Assembly (NCBI GenBank): GCA_963698075.1 | Contig: OY969116.1 | Span: 670,131 to 734,130 of the forward strand | Origin: an uncultured Candidatus Berkelbacteria bacterium | GTDB taxonomy: Bacteria > Patescibacteriota > UBA1384 > UBA12157 > JAENIV01 | DNA length: 64,000 nt | Reading direction: 5' to 3' | In this document: piece by piece, positions 26,451-35,631 of the stretch | How the letters are laid out: each line of letters begins with the position of its first letter | How positions within the stretch are numbered: position 1 is the stretch's first letter | Notes under the pieces: generated by a model | Database searches by the model: none | Seen by the model: only the letters and a program-made list of their open reading frames with translations | What the model was told of the DNA's origin: nothing | Program-made: the position numbers and the translations under genes

Positions 26451-27427
26451 TGGCCAACTTAACTTTGAAAAAATATGAGCCGAATTTATTTGGGGCCTGG
26501 AATAAATTTGTCGAAACCTCGAATAATGGCACCATTTTTCACCGGCAAGATTTTCTTGCTTATCACGGCGATCGTTTTAAAAAGAATGAACACCATTTGG
26601 TCTGGTTTAAAGGTGATCAAATTTTTGCTTTAATGCCTTTAGGGATTTTTGAAGAAAAAGGCAAAAGAGTTGCCAAATCTCCCTTTGGCGCCAGTTGGGG
26701 CGGCTTGGTCATACCTTCGAAATTTAAGCTCAAATATGCTATGGGAATAGTTGAATCTTTGGTTGAATACCTTAAAAAAAGAAAAATTTCTGAATTTCTG
26801 GTCACGCCGACACCCGGTTGTTATTATCAAGAACTGAACAGCTATTTCGAGTTTGCTCTCACGGCTTTTGGTTCAAAATTAGTTAATCGGGATATCTTAA
26901 ATGTGACGAAAATCCCCGAAAAAGAAGACGAAATTTGGCAGGTCCCGGACCGAGAATGCCGCAATAAAATTAAAAATGCTCTAAGTGTTTTTAAAATAAA
27001 AGAAAATGTTTCAGCCAAAGATTTTTATCCGATCCTCTTGGCAGATAAAAGGCGCCATCACTCGGCGCCGACGCATTCTTTGGCAGATTTGGTATATTTA
27101 CAAAAAAACTTAAAAAATAAGATAAAATTTGATCTTGCTGTCAATATTGAAGACTACCAAGCCGGCATCTGTTATTTTATCGGCAATAAAAATTGCCAGA
27201 TGGCATTCTATATGTCTCAAGAGGATAAAGCCGTCGGTAAAAACGGGATTAATGCTCTGGTTTTCAAGGGTTTTAAAAATGCTGCCTGCGAAGGTTATCG
27301 GTTTATGGATTTCGGGATTTCTTCTATCAACAATCAAATATCAAATATAGGCTTAGTCGAATTTAAAGAAAGTCTTGGAGGGCATCACGGTTTTATAAGA
27401 GACACCTATCAATTAAAAATTAAATGA
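26450..27427 (+). CDS. hypothetical protein, possibly FemAB/GNAT-like acyltransferase
   Basis: Size and weak similarity of pattern only. Lies in the glycan locus. Confidence 0.3.
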   Translation: MANLTLKKYEPNLFGAWNKFVETSNNGTIFHRQDFLAYHGDRFKKNEHHLVWFKGDQIFALMPLGIFEEKGKRVAKSPFGASWGGLVIPSKFKLKYAMGIVESLVEYLKKRKISEFLVTPTPGCYYQELNSYFEFALTAFGSKLVNRDILNVTKIPEKEDEIWQVPDRECRNKIKNALSVFKIKENVSAKDFYPILLADKRRHHSAPTHSLADLVYLQKNLKNKIKFDLAVNIEDYQAGICYFIGNKNCQMAFYMSQEDKAVGKNGINALVFKGFKNAACEGYRFMDFGISSINNQISNIGLVEFKESLGGHHGFIRDTYQLKIK

Positions 27428-27945
27428 AAAAAAACAGAGCAAATGATTTTGAAGGTATGTTAGACAGCTGGTTAAAAACCAACCCAAAATTTTTTTCTAA
27501 AAGATTCAAAAGATTTTTGGCCATGTATTTTCCCGATGCCAGAATAAGAAGAAAATTTTGGCTTGAAACCAACGTCAAGTTGGGAGAAAATACCTATCTT
27601 AATCCTCAAGTTGTTGTAGCTGATGATTATCTAACCGGCAGATCGTTACTGAGAATCGGCAATAATTGTTCAATCGCTCCTGGCGTAGTTTTCGCGCCCG
27701 TTTCCACCCACAATAATTCAAAGATTTTAAGGAAAATGAGAATTTTAAAAAAATATGAGATTAAAAAACCGATCATTGTTGGCAATGATGTCTGGATTGG
27801 CGCCAACTCCACGATTATTGGGGGTGTCAAAATTGGCAACTGTTCGATTATTGGCGCCAATAGTTTCATCAACCGAAATATCCCCGATTATAGTTTGGCT
27901 TATGGCAGCCCGATAAGAATAATTAAAGATCTGCGAAAAAAATAA
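27424..27945 (+). CDS. hexapeptide-repeat O-acetyltransferase (WbbJ/MAT-like)
   Basis: VGNDVWIGANSTIIGGVKIGNCSIIGANSFI LbH repeats. Confidence 0.75.
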   Translation: MKKNRANDFEGMLDSWLKTNPKFFSKRFKRFLAMYFPDARIRRKFWLETNVKLGENTYLNPQVVVADDYLTGRSLLRIGNNCSIAPGVVFAPVSTHNNSKILRKMRILKKYEIKKPIIVGNDVWIGANSTIIGGVKIGNCSIIGANSFINRNIPDYSLAYGSPIRIIKDLRKK

Positions 27946-27961
27946 ATCTCGATGAGGCAAA

Positions 27962-29764
27962 ATGTGTGGTCTGGTCGGCGTTTTCCAAAAAAAACCCATC
28001 AAAAAAGAAGTTTTAGAAAGAATGACTCGCGTTATCAGGCACCGCGGTCCAGATGACGAAGGTTTTTGGATTGACCCCGCCACGAAAAATATTGGTTTGG
28101 GCCACCGGCGGTTGGCAATTATTGATTTAACCGCCTCAGGCCACCAACCGATGTTTAATGAGAATAAAAATCTCGTCATTGTTTTTAATGGCGAAATTTA
28201 TAATTTCCAAGAAGTTAAAAGAAAATTTCGCCAAAAGCATAGATTTATTTCCAATTCTGATACTGAGGTGATTCTCCATGCCTACGAAGAATGGGGCGAA
28301 AATTGTGTCAATTATTTTAACGGCATGTGGGTTTTTTGTATCTATGATCAGAATAAAAAGTCCTTTTTTATCTCGCGCGATCGATTGGGTATTAAACCCC
28401 TCTATTATTATTTTGATGAGAAAACTTTGATCTTTGCCTCTGAGATTAAGGCAATTTTGAAATATCCTGGGATTAAGGCTGAACTTAATTTCAATGCCCT
28501 GGGTGAATATTTCACTTTTCAAAATATTTTATCTCACGAAACTTTATTTAAAAATATCAATCTTTTAGAGGCGGGCCATAACCTCTATTTTCGGGATGGA
28601 AAATTAGAAAATAAATCATACTGGAAAGCCGAATTTAACAAAAAAGAATTTACGCCCATTCAATGGCAAGAAAAATTAGTCAAAAACTTGCAAGCATCAG
28701 TTTGGCGTCATTTAATCGCCGATGTGCCCGTGGGCACGCTCCTTTCGGGCGGAATGGATTCGACGACCATCGCCTATTTTGCGGCTCAGCGAAATCCCAA
28801 ATTTTTTACTTTCACCGGCGGGTTTGATTTAGAAGGCGCTGAAGGCATGGAAGCAAGTTTAGACGAGAGACATGAGGCGGAAATTGTCGCCCGAAAAGTA
28901 TCCGCTGAGCACTACGAAAATGTCTTGCACCCGATAAACGTCAAACTAGCGATGCCAAAATTAATTTGGCATCTTGAAGATCTTCGTCTCGGGATGTGTT
29001 ATCCTCAATATTACATCTCGAAATTGGCGAGTAAATTTGTTAAAGTTGCCCTTTCAGGCACCGGCGGCGACGAAATTTTCGGCGGTTATCCTTGGAGATA
29101 TCAACTCATTGAAAAAGCCAAAAATCCCGCCGAATTTGATGCCAAACAATATGATTATTGGTCGCGGCTGGTTAAAGATAGTCAAAAAAAGACCTTCTTC
29201 AGCCATAAAACCTTAGACAAAATAGACCTTAAGCGGCCATTTGAAGAATATCAGCAAATTATCGCCCCTGTCTCCGACCAAAACCCGATTGATAAAGCGA
29301 TTTATTTTGAACAAAAAACTTTTTTGCATGGCTTCTTTATTGTTGAAGACAAAATGTCAATGGCTCATTCTCTGGAAATCAGAGTCCCGATGACGGATAT
29401 CGAATTAGTCAAATTGGTTAATTCTCTGCCGCCCAAGTATAAATACCAGAATAATCTCGGCAAGGTCTTATTTAGAAAAACAATGAATAAATTTTTACCC
29501 AAAGAAGTGACGACGAAAAGAAAAACTGGTTTTACTCCACCCGAAGGGACTTGGTATCGAAAGCAGCTTAAAGAATATGTTTCGGAAATAATCTTGGGTC
29601 AAAGAGCTCGTGCTCGCAATTATTTCAACCCTGAAAGCTTGAAAGAAATCTTTTCTGCCCACCTTCGGGGCAAAAAAGATTATCGTTTGCTTCTCTGGTC
29701 TTTGCTTTGTTTTGAATGGTGGAATCGAATTTTTTTGGAAGGTGAAGGGGAAATTTATGAATAA
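27962..29764 (+). CDS. asparagine synthase (glutamine-hydrolysing) family amidotransferase
   Basis: N-terminal nucleophile MCGL. GATase class II domain. SGGMDS PP-loop. Confidence 0.85.
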   Translation: MCGLVGVFQKKPIKKEVLERMTRVIRHRGPDDEGFWIDPATKNIGLGHRRLAIIDLTASGHQPMFNENKNLVIVFNGEIYNFQEVKRKFRQKHRFISNSDTEVILHAYEEWGENCVNYFNGMWVFCIYDQNKKSFFISRDRLGIKPLYYYFDEKTLIFASEIKAILKYPGIKAELNFNALGEYFTFQNILSHETLFKNINLLEAGHNLYFRDGKLENKSYWKAEFNKKEFTPIQWQEKLVKNLQASVWRHLIADVPVGTLLSGGMDSTTIAYFAAQRNPKFFTFTGGFDLEGAEGMEASLDERHEAEIVARKVSAEHYENVLHPINVKLAMPKLIWHLEDLRLGMCYPQYYISKLASKFVKVALSGTGGDEIFGGYPWRYQLIEKAKNPAEFDAKQYDYWSRLVKDSQKKTFFSHKTLDKIDLKRPFEEYQQIIAPVSDQNPIDKAIYFEQKTFLHGFFIVEDKMSMAHSLEIRVPMTDIELVKLVNSLPPKYKYQNNLGKVLFRKTMNKFLPKEVTTKRKTGFTPPEGTWYRKQLKEYVSEIILGQRARARNYFNPESLKEIFSAHLRGKKDYRLLLWSLLCFEWWNRIFLEGEGEIYE

Positions 29765-29807
29765 TGGCATTTGACAGAAAGAAATCCTAAATCTACTATG
29801 AAAAGCT

Positions 29808-30770
29808 ATGTATAAGAAAAAAACAATTGCCGTCGTTGTTCCCTGCTACAATGAGGCCAAACAAATCGGCTCAGTTTTACGTTCAATGCCGAGTTTTGTT
29901 GATAAAATCATTGTCGTTGATGATAAAAGCCTCGACAAAACAGTCTCAATTGTCAAAGATCTCGGGCAGAAAAAGAAGACAGAAAAGAAAATTATTCTTC
30001 TTGAGCATCAAACCAACCAAGGCGTGGGAGGAGCGATTGCTTCGGGTTACCAATGGTGTCGCCAAAAAAATATCGATGTTGTCGCCGTCATGGCTGGCGA
30101 CGGCCAAATGTTACCAAAAGATTTGCCTGCTATTTTAGACCCCGTTGTCGAAGGTCGGGCCGATTATTCTAAAGCCAATCGTCTTTTTTCCGGGGAGGCC
30201 TACAAAAAAATTCCTCGAGCGCGCTACTTCGGTAATTCGGTGCTGACATTCTTAACCAAAATTGCCTCCGGTTATTGGCATGTGATTGATTCTCAAACCG
30301 GCTTTACCGCCATCAACAAAAAAATGCTTTCCTTAATTGATTGGAATAAGATGTACAAACATTATGGCCAACCGAACGATATTTTAATTCGCTTAAATGT
30401 TTTCAATGCCCGCGTCGCTGACGTGCCGGTGGAACCAGTTTATCGGGTGGGGGAACAATCAAAAATGAAACCGGGGATTGTCTTTTTTACCTTGCCTTTG
30501 ATGCTGATCAGAATGTTTTTCTGGCGGCTCAAGGAAAAGTATATTATCCGTGATTTTCATCCCTTGGTTTTATTCTATTTTTTTGGGATTTTTGTCGGTT
30601 TGGCCTCCCTCGTCTTTTTGATAAGAATTCTATATCTTTGGCCCCAAGAAGGAATGATTCCTCAAACAAGTTTTTTGGCTTGGATGCTTTGTGTGATTAC
30701 CTCGCTGCAGTTTACCCTCTTTGCCATGTGGTTTGATATGGACTATAACAAAGACCTGAAATCTAAATAG
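29808..30770 (+). CDS. glycosyltransferase family 2 with C-terminal TM helices
   Basis: IAVVVPCYNEAKQI...VVDDKSLDKT (DxD region). Two C-terminal TM helices. Confidence 0.8.
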   Translation: MYKKKTIAVVVPCYNEAKQIGSVLRSMPSFVDKIIVVDDKSLDKTVSIVKDLGQKKKTEKKIILLEHQTNQGVGGAIASGYQWCRQKNIDVVAVMAGDGQMLPKDLPAILDPVVEGRADYSKANRLFSGEAYKKIPRARYFGNSVLTFLTKIASGYWHVIDSQTGFTAINKKMLSLIDWNKMYKHYGQPNDILIRLNVFNARVADVPVEPVYRVGEQSKMKPGIVFFTLPLMLIRMFFWRLKEKYIIRDFHPLVLFYFFGIFVGLASLVFLIRILYLWPQEGMIPQTSFLAWMLCVITSLQFTLFAMWFDMDYNKDLKSK

Positions 30771-30787
30771 TTTACCTTGAAAGACAA

Positions 30788-31543
30788 ATGAAAAAAAATT
30801 CCCGTCAAAAATTGAAATCAAATCGGGCAGTGATTATGGCCGGCGGCAAGGGAATGAGACTTCGTCCGCTGACAAAATACTGCCCCAAACCAATGGTCAA
30901 GGTTGCTGGCCAGCCGATTTTAGAAAGAATCATCCTTCGTTTTTTAGATCATGGCATCCATCAATTTTATATTTCGATTAATTATCTTGGCAAGACAATT
31001 GAAAATTATTTCGGCGATGGCCAAAAATTCGGCTGCAAGATTAAATATCTTAAAGAGAAAAAATATTTACATACCGGCGGCTCATTATCATTGCTCAAGG
31101 ATCAAATTGAAGAACCATTGATTGTGATGAACGGTGATCTTGTCACCCAGATTGATTTTGATCATTTCTTAGATTTTCATCAAAAGGGTAAGTTTTTAGC
31201 CACCATGGGGGTGAGGCCTTATAGCTTCGAGATCCCCTTTGGGATCGTCAAAGCTCAAAAAAATCAAATGTTTGGCTTAGAAGAAAAACCAACCAGTAAC
31301 TATTTAATTAATGCCGGCATCTATGTTTTAAATCCTGAAGTTTTAAAACTAATTCCCAAAAATCGAGTTTTTCCCCTGACGAATTTATTTGAAAGATTAC
31401 TTCGTCAAAAAAAGAAAGTTGGTGTCTATAAGATTCAAGAAGATTGGATTGATGTCGGTCGCCTGGAGGAATTAGAAAAAGCCCATGAAGATCTTTTAAG
31501 ATTGGAGGAAAAATACCTAAAAAATACAAAAAAATCCTTGTGA
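30788..31543 (+). CDS. sugar-phosphate nucleotidyltransferase
   Basis: AVIMAGGKGMRLRPLTKYCPKPMV (G-x-G-x-R-L motif). Confidence 0.75.
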   Translation: MKKNSRQKLKSNRAVIMAGGKGMRLRPLTKYCPKPMVKVAGQPILERIILRFLDHGIHQFYISINYLGKTIENYFGDGQKFGCKIKYLKEKKYLHTGGSLSLLKDQIEEPLIVMNGDLVTQIDFDHFLDFHQKGKFLATMGVRPYSFEIPFGIVKAQKNQMFGLEEKPTSNYLINAGIYVLNPEVLKLIPKNRVFPLTNLFERLLRQKKKVGVYKIQEDWIDVGRLEELEKAHEDLLRLEEKYLKNTKKSL

Positions 31544-32523
31544 CCGGGGCTGATGGTTTTATTGGCTCGCATCTTACGGAAGAGTTAGTCAGGCGCGGTT
31601 ACCAGACGAGGGCCTTTGTTTTTTACAATTCTTTCAATTCCTGGGGTTGGCTTGATTACGCCGAGCCTAAAATTAAAAAGGAATTAGAGATTTTTCCCGG
31701 CGATATCCGTGACCCTAATGGTGTCCGGAAAGCCCTAAAGGATTGTGAAGCGGTCATCCATTTGGCAGCCTTGGTTTCGATTCCTTTCTCCTATCATTCA
31801 CCAGATATGTTTGTCCAGACCAATATCGTGGGGACGCTTCATATCTTGCAAGCTGCCCGAGATTTAGGGATTAAAAAAATCATTCACACCTCCACCAGTG
31901 AAGTTTACGGCACGGCCAAATATGTGCCAATAAAAGAAGATCACCCCCTACAGGGCCAATCACCCTATTCTGCGAGTAAAATCGGCGCTGATCAAATCGC
32001 CTTTTCTTTTTATAATGCTTTTGATTTGCCGGTAGCCATCTTGCGGCCTTTTAATACTTTTGGCCCCCGACAATCAGCCCGGGCGGTGATTCCCACAATT
32101 ATTACTCAAATTGCCGCCGGCAAAAAAAGTCTTAAATTAGGATCGCTTCACCCGACAAGAGATTTTAATTATGTCAAAGATACCGTCAAAGGCTTTATTG
32201 CTGCTTTAGAGGCGGGAAAGATTGAGGGGGAAACAATTAATTTAGGGACAAATCAAGAAACCTCGATTAGAAAAATAGCGGAAATGTTAATGGTATTGAT
32301 GGGCCGAAAAATAAAAATCGAGACTGAAGATAAACGGGTCAGACCGCCGAAAAGCGAAGTTGATCGGCTTCGGGCTGATAATCGCAAAGCCAAGAAACTT
32401 CTCAAGTGGCAGCCAGAATATGGAGGCAAAAATGGTCTTAAACGGGGACTTCAAGAGACGATTGATTGGTTTACAAATTTAGAGAATCTTAGACAATATA
32501 AACCCGAGATATACAATATTTAA
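31540..32523 (+). CDS. NAD-dependent epimerase/dehydratase (SDR); start uncertain (GTG at 31540, 4-bp overlap)
   Basis: VTGADGFIGSHL. Catalytic YSASKIGAD. The upstream in-frame KYKKIL stretch lacks a canonical start codon. Confidence 0.7.
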   Translation: MTGADGFIGSHLTEELVRRGYQTRAFVFYNSFNSWGWLDYAEPKIKKELEIFPGDIRDPNGVRKALKDCEAVIHLAALVSIPFSYHSPDMFVQTNIVGTLHILQAARDLGIKKIIHTSTSEVYGTAKYVPIKEDHPLQGQSPYSASKIGADQIAFSFYNAFDLPVAILRPFNTFGPRQSARAVIPTIITQIAAGKKSLKLGSLHPTRDFNYVKDTVKGFIAALEAGKIEGETINLGTNQETSIRKIAEMLMVLMGRKIKIETEDKRVRPPKSEVDRLRADNRKAKKLLKWQPEYGGKNGLKRGLQETIDWFTNLENLRQYKPEIYNI

Positions 32524-32541
32524 ATTTCTAATTTCTAAATT

Positions 32542-33534
32542 ATGAGGACATTTAGGAATAAAAAAATCTTAATCACTGGCGGCGCCGGTTTTATTGGCTC
32601 ACATTTGGCGCAAGAATTATTGAAATCTGGTTGCCGAATCACCATTGTCGACAAAATCTCATCCAAAATTCCCCAAGTCAAATCAATCCCTCAAAACCTG
32701 AAGAGATTCATTTTAAACAATGGATTAAGGACAGGTTATGATTTTATTTTTCATTTAGCCGGGACGGCCTCGGTGGGAACGTCGGTTGAGAATCCTTTTT
32801 TTGATTTTGAAGAAAATTTATACCAAACTTTAATTTTACTTGAAGCTTTACGAAGCTTGAAAAAATCACCGTTTCTAATCTATGCTTCCTCAGCCGCCGT
32901 TTATGGCATTCCCAAAAAGATGCCTGTCAGCGAAGAGAGCCCTACTTTACCGGTCTCTCCCTATGGCGTCAGCAAACTGGCGGCAGAAAGATATGTCAGA
33001 GTTTACAGCGAGCTTTACCATCTGCCAGCTGTTAATTGCCGTTTTTTTTCGGTTTATGGTCCAGGGCAGAGAAAACAAGTCATTTTTGATTTAATCTCCA
33101 AAATTCAAACAAATCCCCATGGATTAGCAGTTTTAGGGGATCCCAATCAAACTCTTGACTTAATTTATATTGACGATCTCCTTAGGGCAATTATTTTAGT
33201 CACTCAGAAGAGTCGAGGCCTAGGAGAGGTTTATAATATCGCTTCTGGAAAATCTTATAAGATGGCGGAAATTGTACGAGCTCTTGGCGCGACCCTTGGA
33301 ATAAAACCAATCATCAGATATAGTCAAGACACGCGACCAGGTACCAATCTTCAGTGGCGGGTTGATATTTCCAAGATAAAACAATTAGGTTTTAGACCAG
33401 AAATTACCTTGGCAAAAGGGTTGACGATGACTCAAGAATGGTTTGAGGTTCCTTCATTTAGTTCGTCGATAAAGCGCGTAAATTTCTCCAAGACTATAAG
33501 TTCTCACTTTATTCTTGATGATGTGGGTCAATAA
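32542..33534 (+). CDS. NAD-dependent epimerase/dehydratase (SDR)
   Basis: ITGGAGFIGSHL. Catalytic YGVSKLAAE. Confidence 0.75.
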   Translation: MRTFRNKKILITGGAGFIGSHLAQELLKSGCRITIVDKISSKIPQVKSIPQNLKRFILNNGLRTGYDFIFHLAGTASVGTSVENPFFDFEENLYQTLILLEALRSLKKSPFLIYASSAAVYGIPKKMPVSEESPTLPVSPYGVSKLAAERYVRVYSELYHLPAVNCRFFSVYGPGQRKQVIFDLISKIQTNPHGLAVLGDPNQTLDLIYIDDLLRAIILVTQKSRGLGEVYNIASGKSYKMAEIVRALGATLGIKPIIRYSQDTRPGTNLQWRVDISKIKQLGFRPEITLAKGLTMTQEWFEVPSFSSSIKRVNFSKTISSHFILDDVGQ

Positions 33535-34146
33535 TCGCTTAAAAAGAGTATTCATTCCTTCGCCGGAAAAAGATGCCCCTTGGATTTTTTCCGGGTGATG
33601 ATAAAGATGGCGATTTTGTTCATAGAATTTCACGTTTGGGCAATTCAACGCCAAATGAATAGGATGGAAATCAAAAACTTTGAGGCCTGGGTGATTGAGT
33701 TTTAAAGTTTTTAAATTAAAGCTGGCTTTTGGGCCAAAAGTTTCCATGTACCAATAATCCAAAAAGAAAATCGGTAATTCAAGTAAATTCTTGCCAATAT
33801 AAATCGGTTCAATGTTTTTAGCTAAAGGCAAAAGGATATTACTGGTATATTTGATTTTTAGATCCAATAAAACCGGTCTTAATCTTTCGTGGAAGTAAAG
33901 CGAATGATTACGGAGGCCCTGACCTTTCGGGGCAAATTTTTTGATTTTCAGAAATTCTTCTTTATAGTGGGAATAGGTGCCATTGAAATTGATGTGAGGA
34001 TTGATTTCAAAGAGAGGATTTTTTAAAATGGGATATTTTCCGGTCACAAAAAAAGTTGCCTTAAGTTTTTTGTCTTTAAGAATTTTAACCAAACTTTCAA
34101 GAATTTTTTCATCAATCCAATCGGTATCAAAAGTTAAGGCAATCAT
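33454..34146 (-). CDS. NodB/polysaccharide-deacetylase-like protein (paralog of 24791-25468)
   Basis: LTFDTDW and KATFFVTG motifs shared with the paralog. Confidence 0.4.
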   Translation of the reverse strand: MIALTFDTDWIDEKILESLVKILKDKKLKATFFVTGKYPILKNPLFEINPHINFNGTYSHYKEEFLKIKKFAPKGQGLRNHSLYFHERLRPVLLDLKIKYTSNILLPLAKNIEPIYIGKNLLELPIFFLDYWYMETFGPKASFNLKTLKLNHPGLKVFDFHPIHLALNCPNVKFYEQNRHLYHHPEKIQGASFSGEGMNTLFKRLLTHIIKNKVRTYSLGEIYALYRRTK

Positions 34147-34179
34147 TTTATCCTCAAAATTTTCGAATCCAAATAAGCA

Positions 34180-35631
34180 TTATTGGCCATATTTTTTCAT
34201 TACTTTTTTCAAATTATCAATTAAGATCTGGGTGACGATTCTTTCGGAATGATATTTTTTAAACCATTTCTCGCCTTGATGACCGATTTTTTGTCTCAGC
34301 GCGGGATTATTGATAAGTTTGATTAAGACTCTTTCAATCTCCCTCTGGTTATGGACTTTAACGATTGGTGGTTCTTCGGGATACATCCATCGACAAACCT
34401 CATGTTTATAAGACATCAGCAACGGCTTACCAGAAAGCATGACCTCGGGTGCCAAAGCTCCCATGGCCGGTAAAATTGTTTGATCTAAAACAATCTCCGC
34501 TTTTTCGAGCCAATAGGCAAGTAAATGTCTGGGCATTACCCGCTGCCACGTCACATATTTTTCAACTTTTAGCTTTTTAGCCAGCAGTTTAATCTTTGCC
34601 ACATCTAGACCCCATTCCAGAAAAATGAGCCTGAAAGGATTTTTTGTTTTTTTAATAACTTCTGGTAGAGCTTTGATATATTTATCCGTGCCCTTAATGG
34701 CCAAATCATGTCTGACAGGGCAAAAGAGGATTAAATTGTCCGTCTTTCTTTCTCTTTTCACAATTGGCCGGTAAAACCGATGCCATTTCTCTAAAATTGG
34801 ATGGGGAACAGGTTGGATATTTTTTAAACCAAGTTTTTTAGCGGCTTTAATATTGTCTGAGTTGGTAATAAAAACCAAGTCAGCTTTTCTATAGGCTAAA
34901 GCGGTGAGACGCCCGATAGGGCTATTTTCAAAGGGTAAATCGCGAATAGTGCCGTGCTCAAAGGCGATATAAGGATGCTTGCCTATGAGCATGGGATAGA
35001 TCGGGTCGGATGAATAGCCCTGAATGAGGTCATATTGCTCAAAAATTTTTTCAGCCGTTTCCCAAACAAAAAAATAGGGGCGAATATCCGAGATCTTGAG
35101 TTGATCTTGGCGTTTGGGAAAGAATTTTTTAAATTCGGCGATTAACGAATTAATTCGCTGATAATATTTTTTTCTTTTGATTGGCTCAATCGTAAAACTC
35201 TTATGCCAAATTATCCAGTTTTGAAAGATCGAAACTAGTTTCTGAATATTCTTTCTAAGAGGAGACATTTTTGATGAGCCATAACAGAATTGGTATATTT
35301 TTTGATACAAAAAGACGGTAGACTTGGCAGGATGGGCTTTTAAGGAAGTTCTTCGGGGGCCTTTGAGACCGGCCAAAAAACCAGACATTGGACCTTGATA
35401 AAACCACCTTGGCCTTTCAAAATTTCCCAAATTAACCTTTGTCCAATCGGGGTAAAAATCATCTCCGTAGTTGGCTTCTATTTTGGCATCCTCCCATTCT
35501 GGAGAACCCAAAACATGATAGTAATCGTAACAAAGGACATCAGATCGGATCCCTTTTTTTCTCAGTAGTTTTGAGGTTAGATAAGCAATATTGGCAATAT
35601 TGCCAATATGGAGAATTTTAAAATTGGCCAT
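34180..35631 (-). CDS. divergent GT4-like (GT-B fold) glycosyltransferase, 'HIGNIAN' family member 1
   Basis: N-terminal KILHIGNIANIAYL...SDVLCYDYYH. KG(T)D box FCPVRHDLAIKGTD. C-terminal LPAMGALAPEVMLSGKPLL resembling the GT4 E..G..EAMA.G.P motif. Confidence 0.45.
   Translation of the reverse strand: MANFKILHIGNIANIAYLTSKLLRKKGIRSDVLCYDYYHVLGSPEWEDAKIEANYGDDFYPDWTKVNLGNFERPRWFYQGPMSGFLAGLKGPRRTSLKAHPAKSTVFLYQKIYQFCYGSSKMSPLRKNIQKLVSIFQNWIIWHKSFTIEPIKRKKYYQRINSLIAEFKKFFPKRQDQLKISDIRPYFFVWETAEKIFEQYDLIQGYSSDPIYPMLIGKHPYIAFEHGTIRDLPFENSPIGRLTALAYRKADLVFITNSDNIKAAKKLGLKNIQPVPHPILEKWHRFYRPIVKRERKTDNLILFCPVRHDLAIKGTDKYIKALPEVIKKTKNPFRLIFLEWGLDVAKIKLLAKKLKVEKYVTWQRVMPRHLLAYWLEKAEIVLDQTILPAMGALAPEVMLSGKPLLMSYKHEVCRWMYPEEPPIVKVHNQREIERVLIKLINNPALRQKIGHQGEKWFKKYHSERIVTQILIDNLKKVMKKYGQ

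Noticed and set aside
31519-31543. Possible programmed frameshift or non-canonical start for the SDR gene at 31540 (in-frame upstream KYKKIL without a start codon)
   Set aside because: A GTG start at 31540 with a 4-bp overlap to the upstream gene is the simpler explanation. The N-terminal truncation by about 5 residues still leaves the Rossmann GxxGxxG intact.
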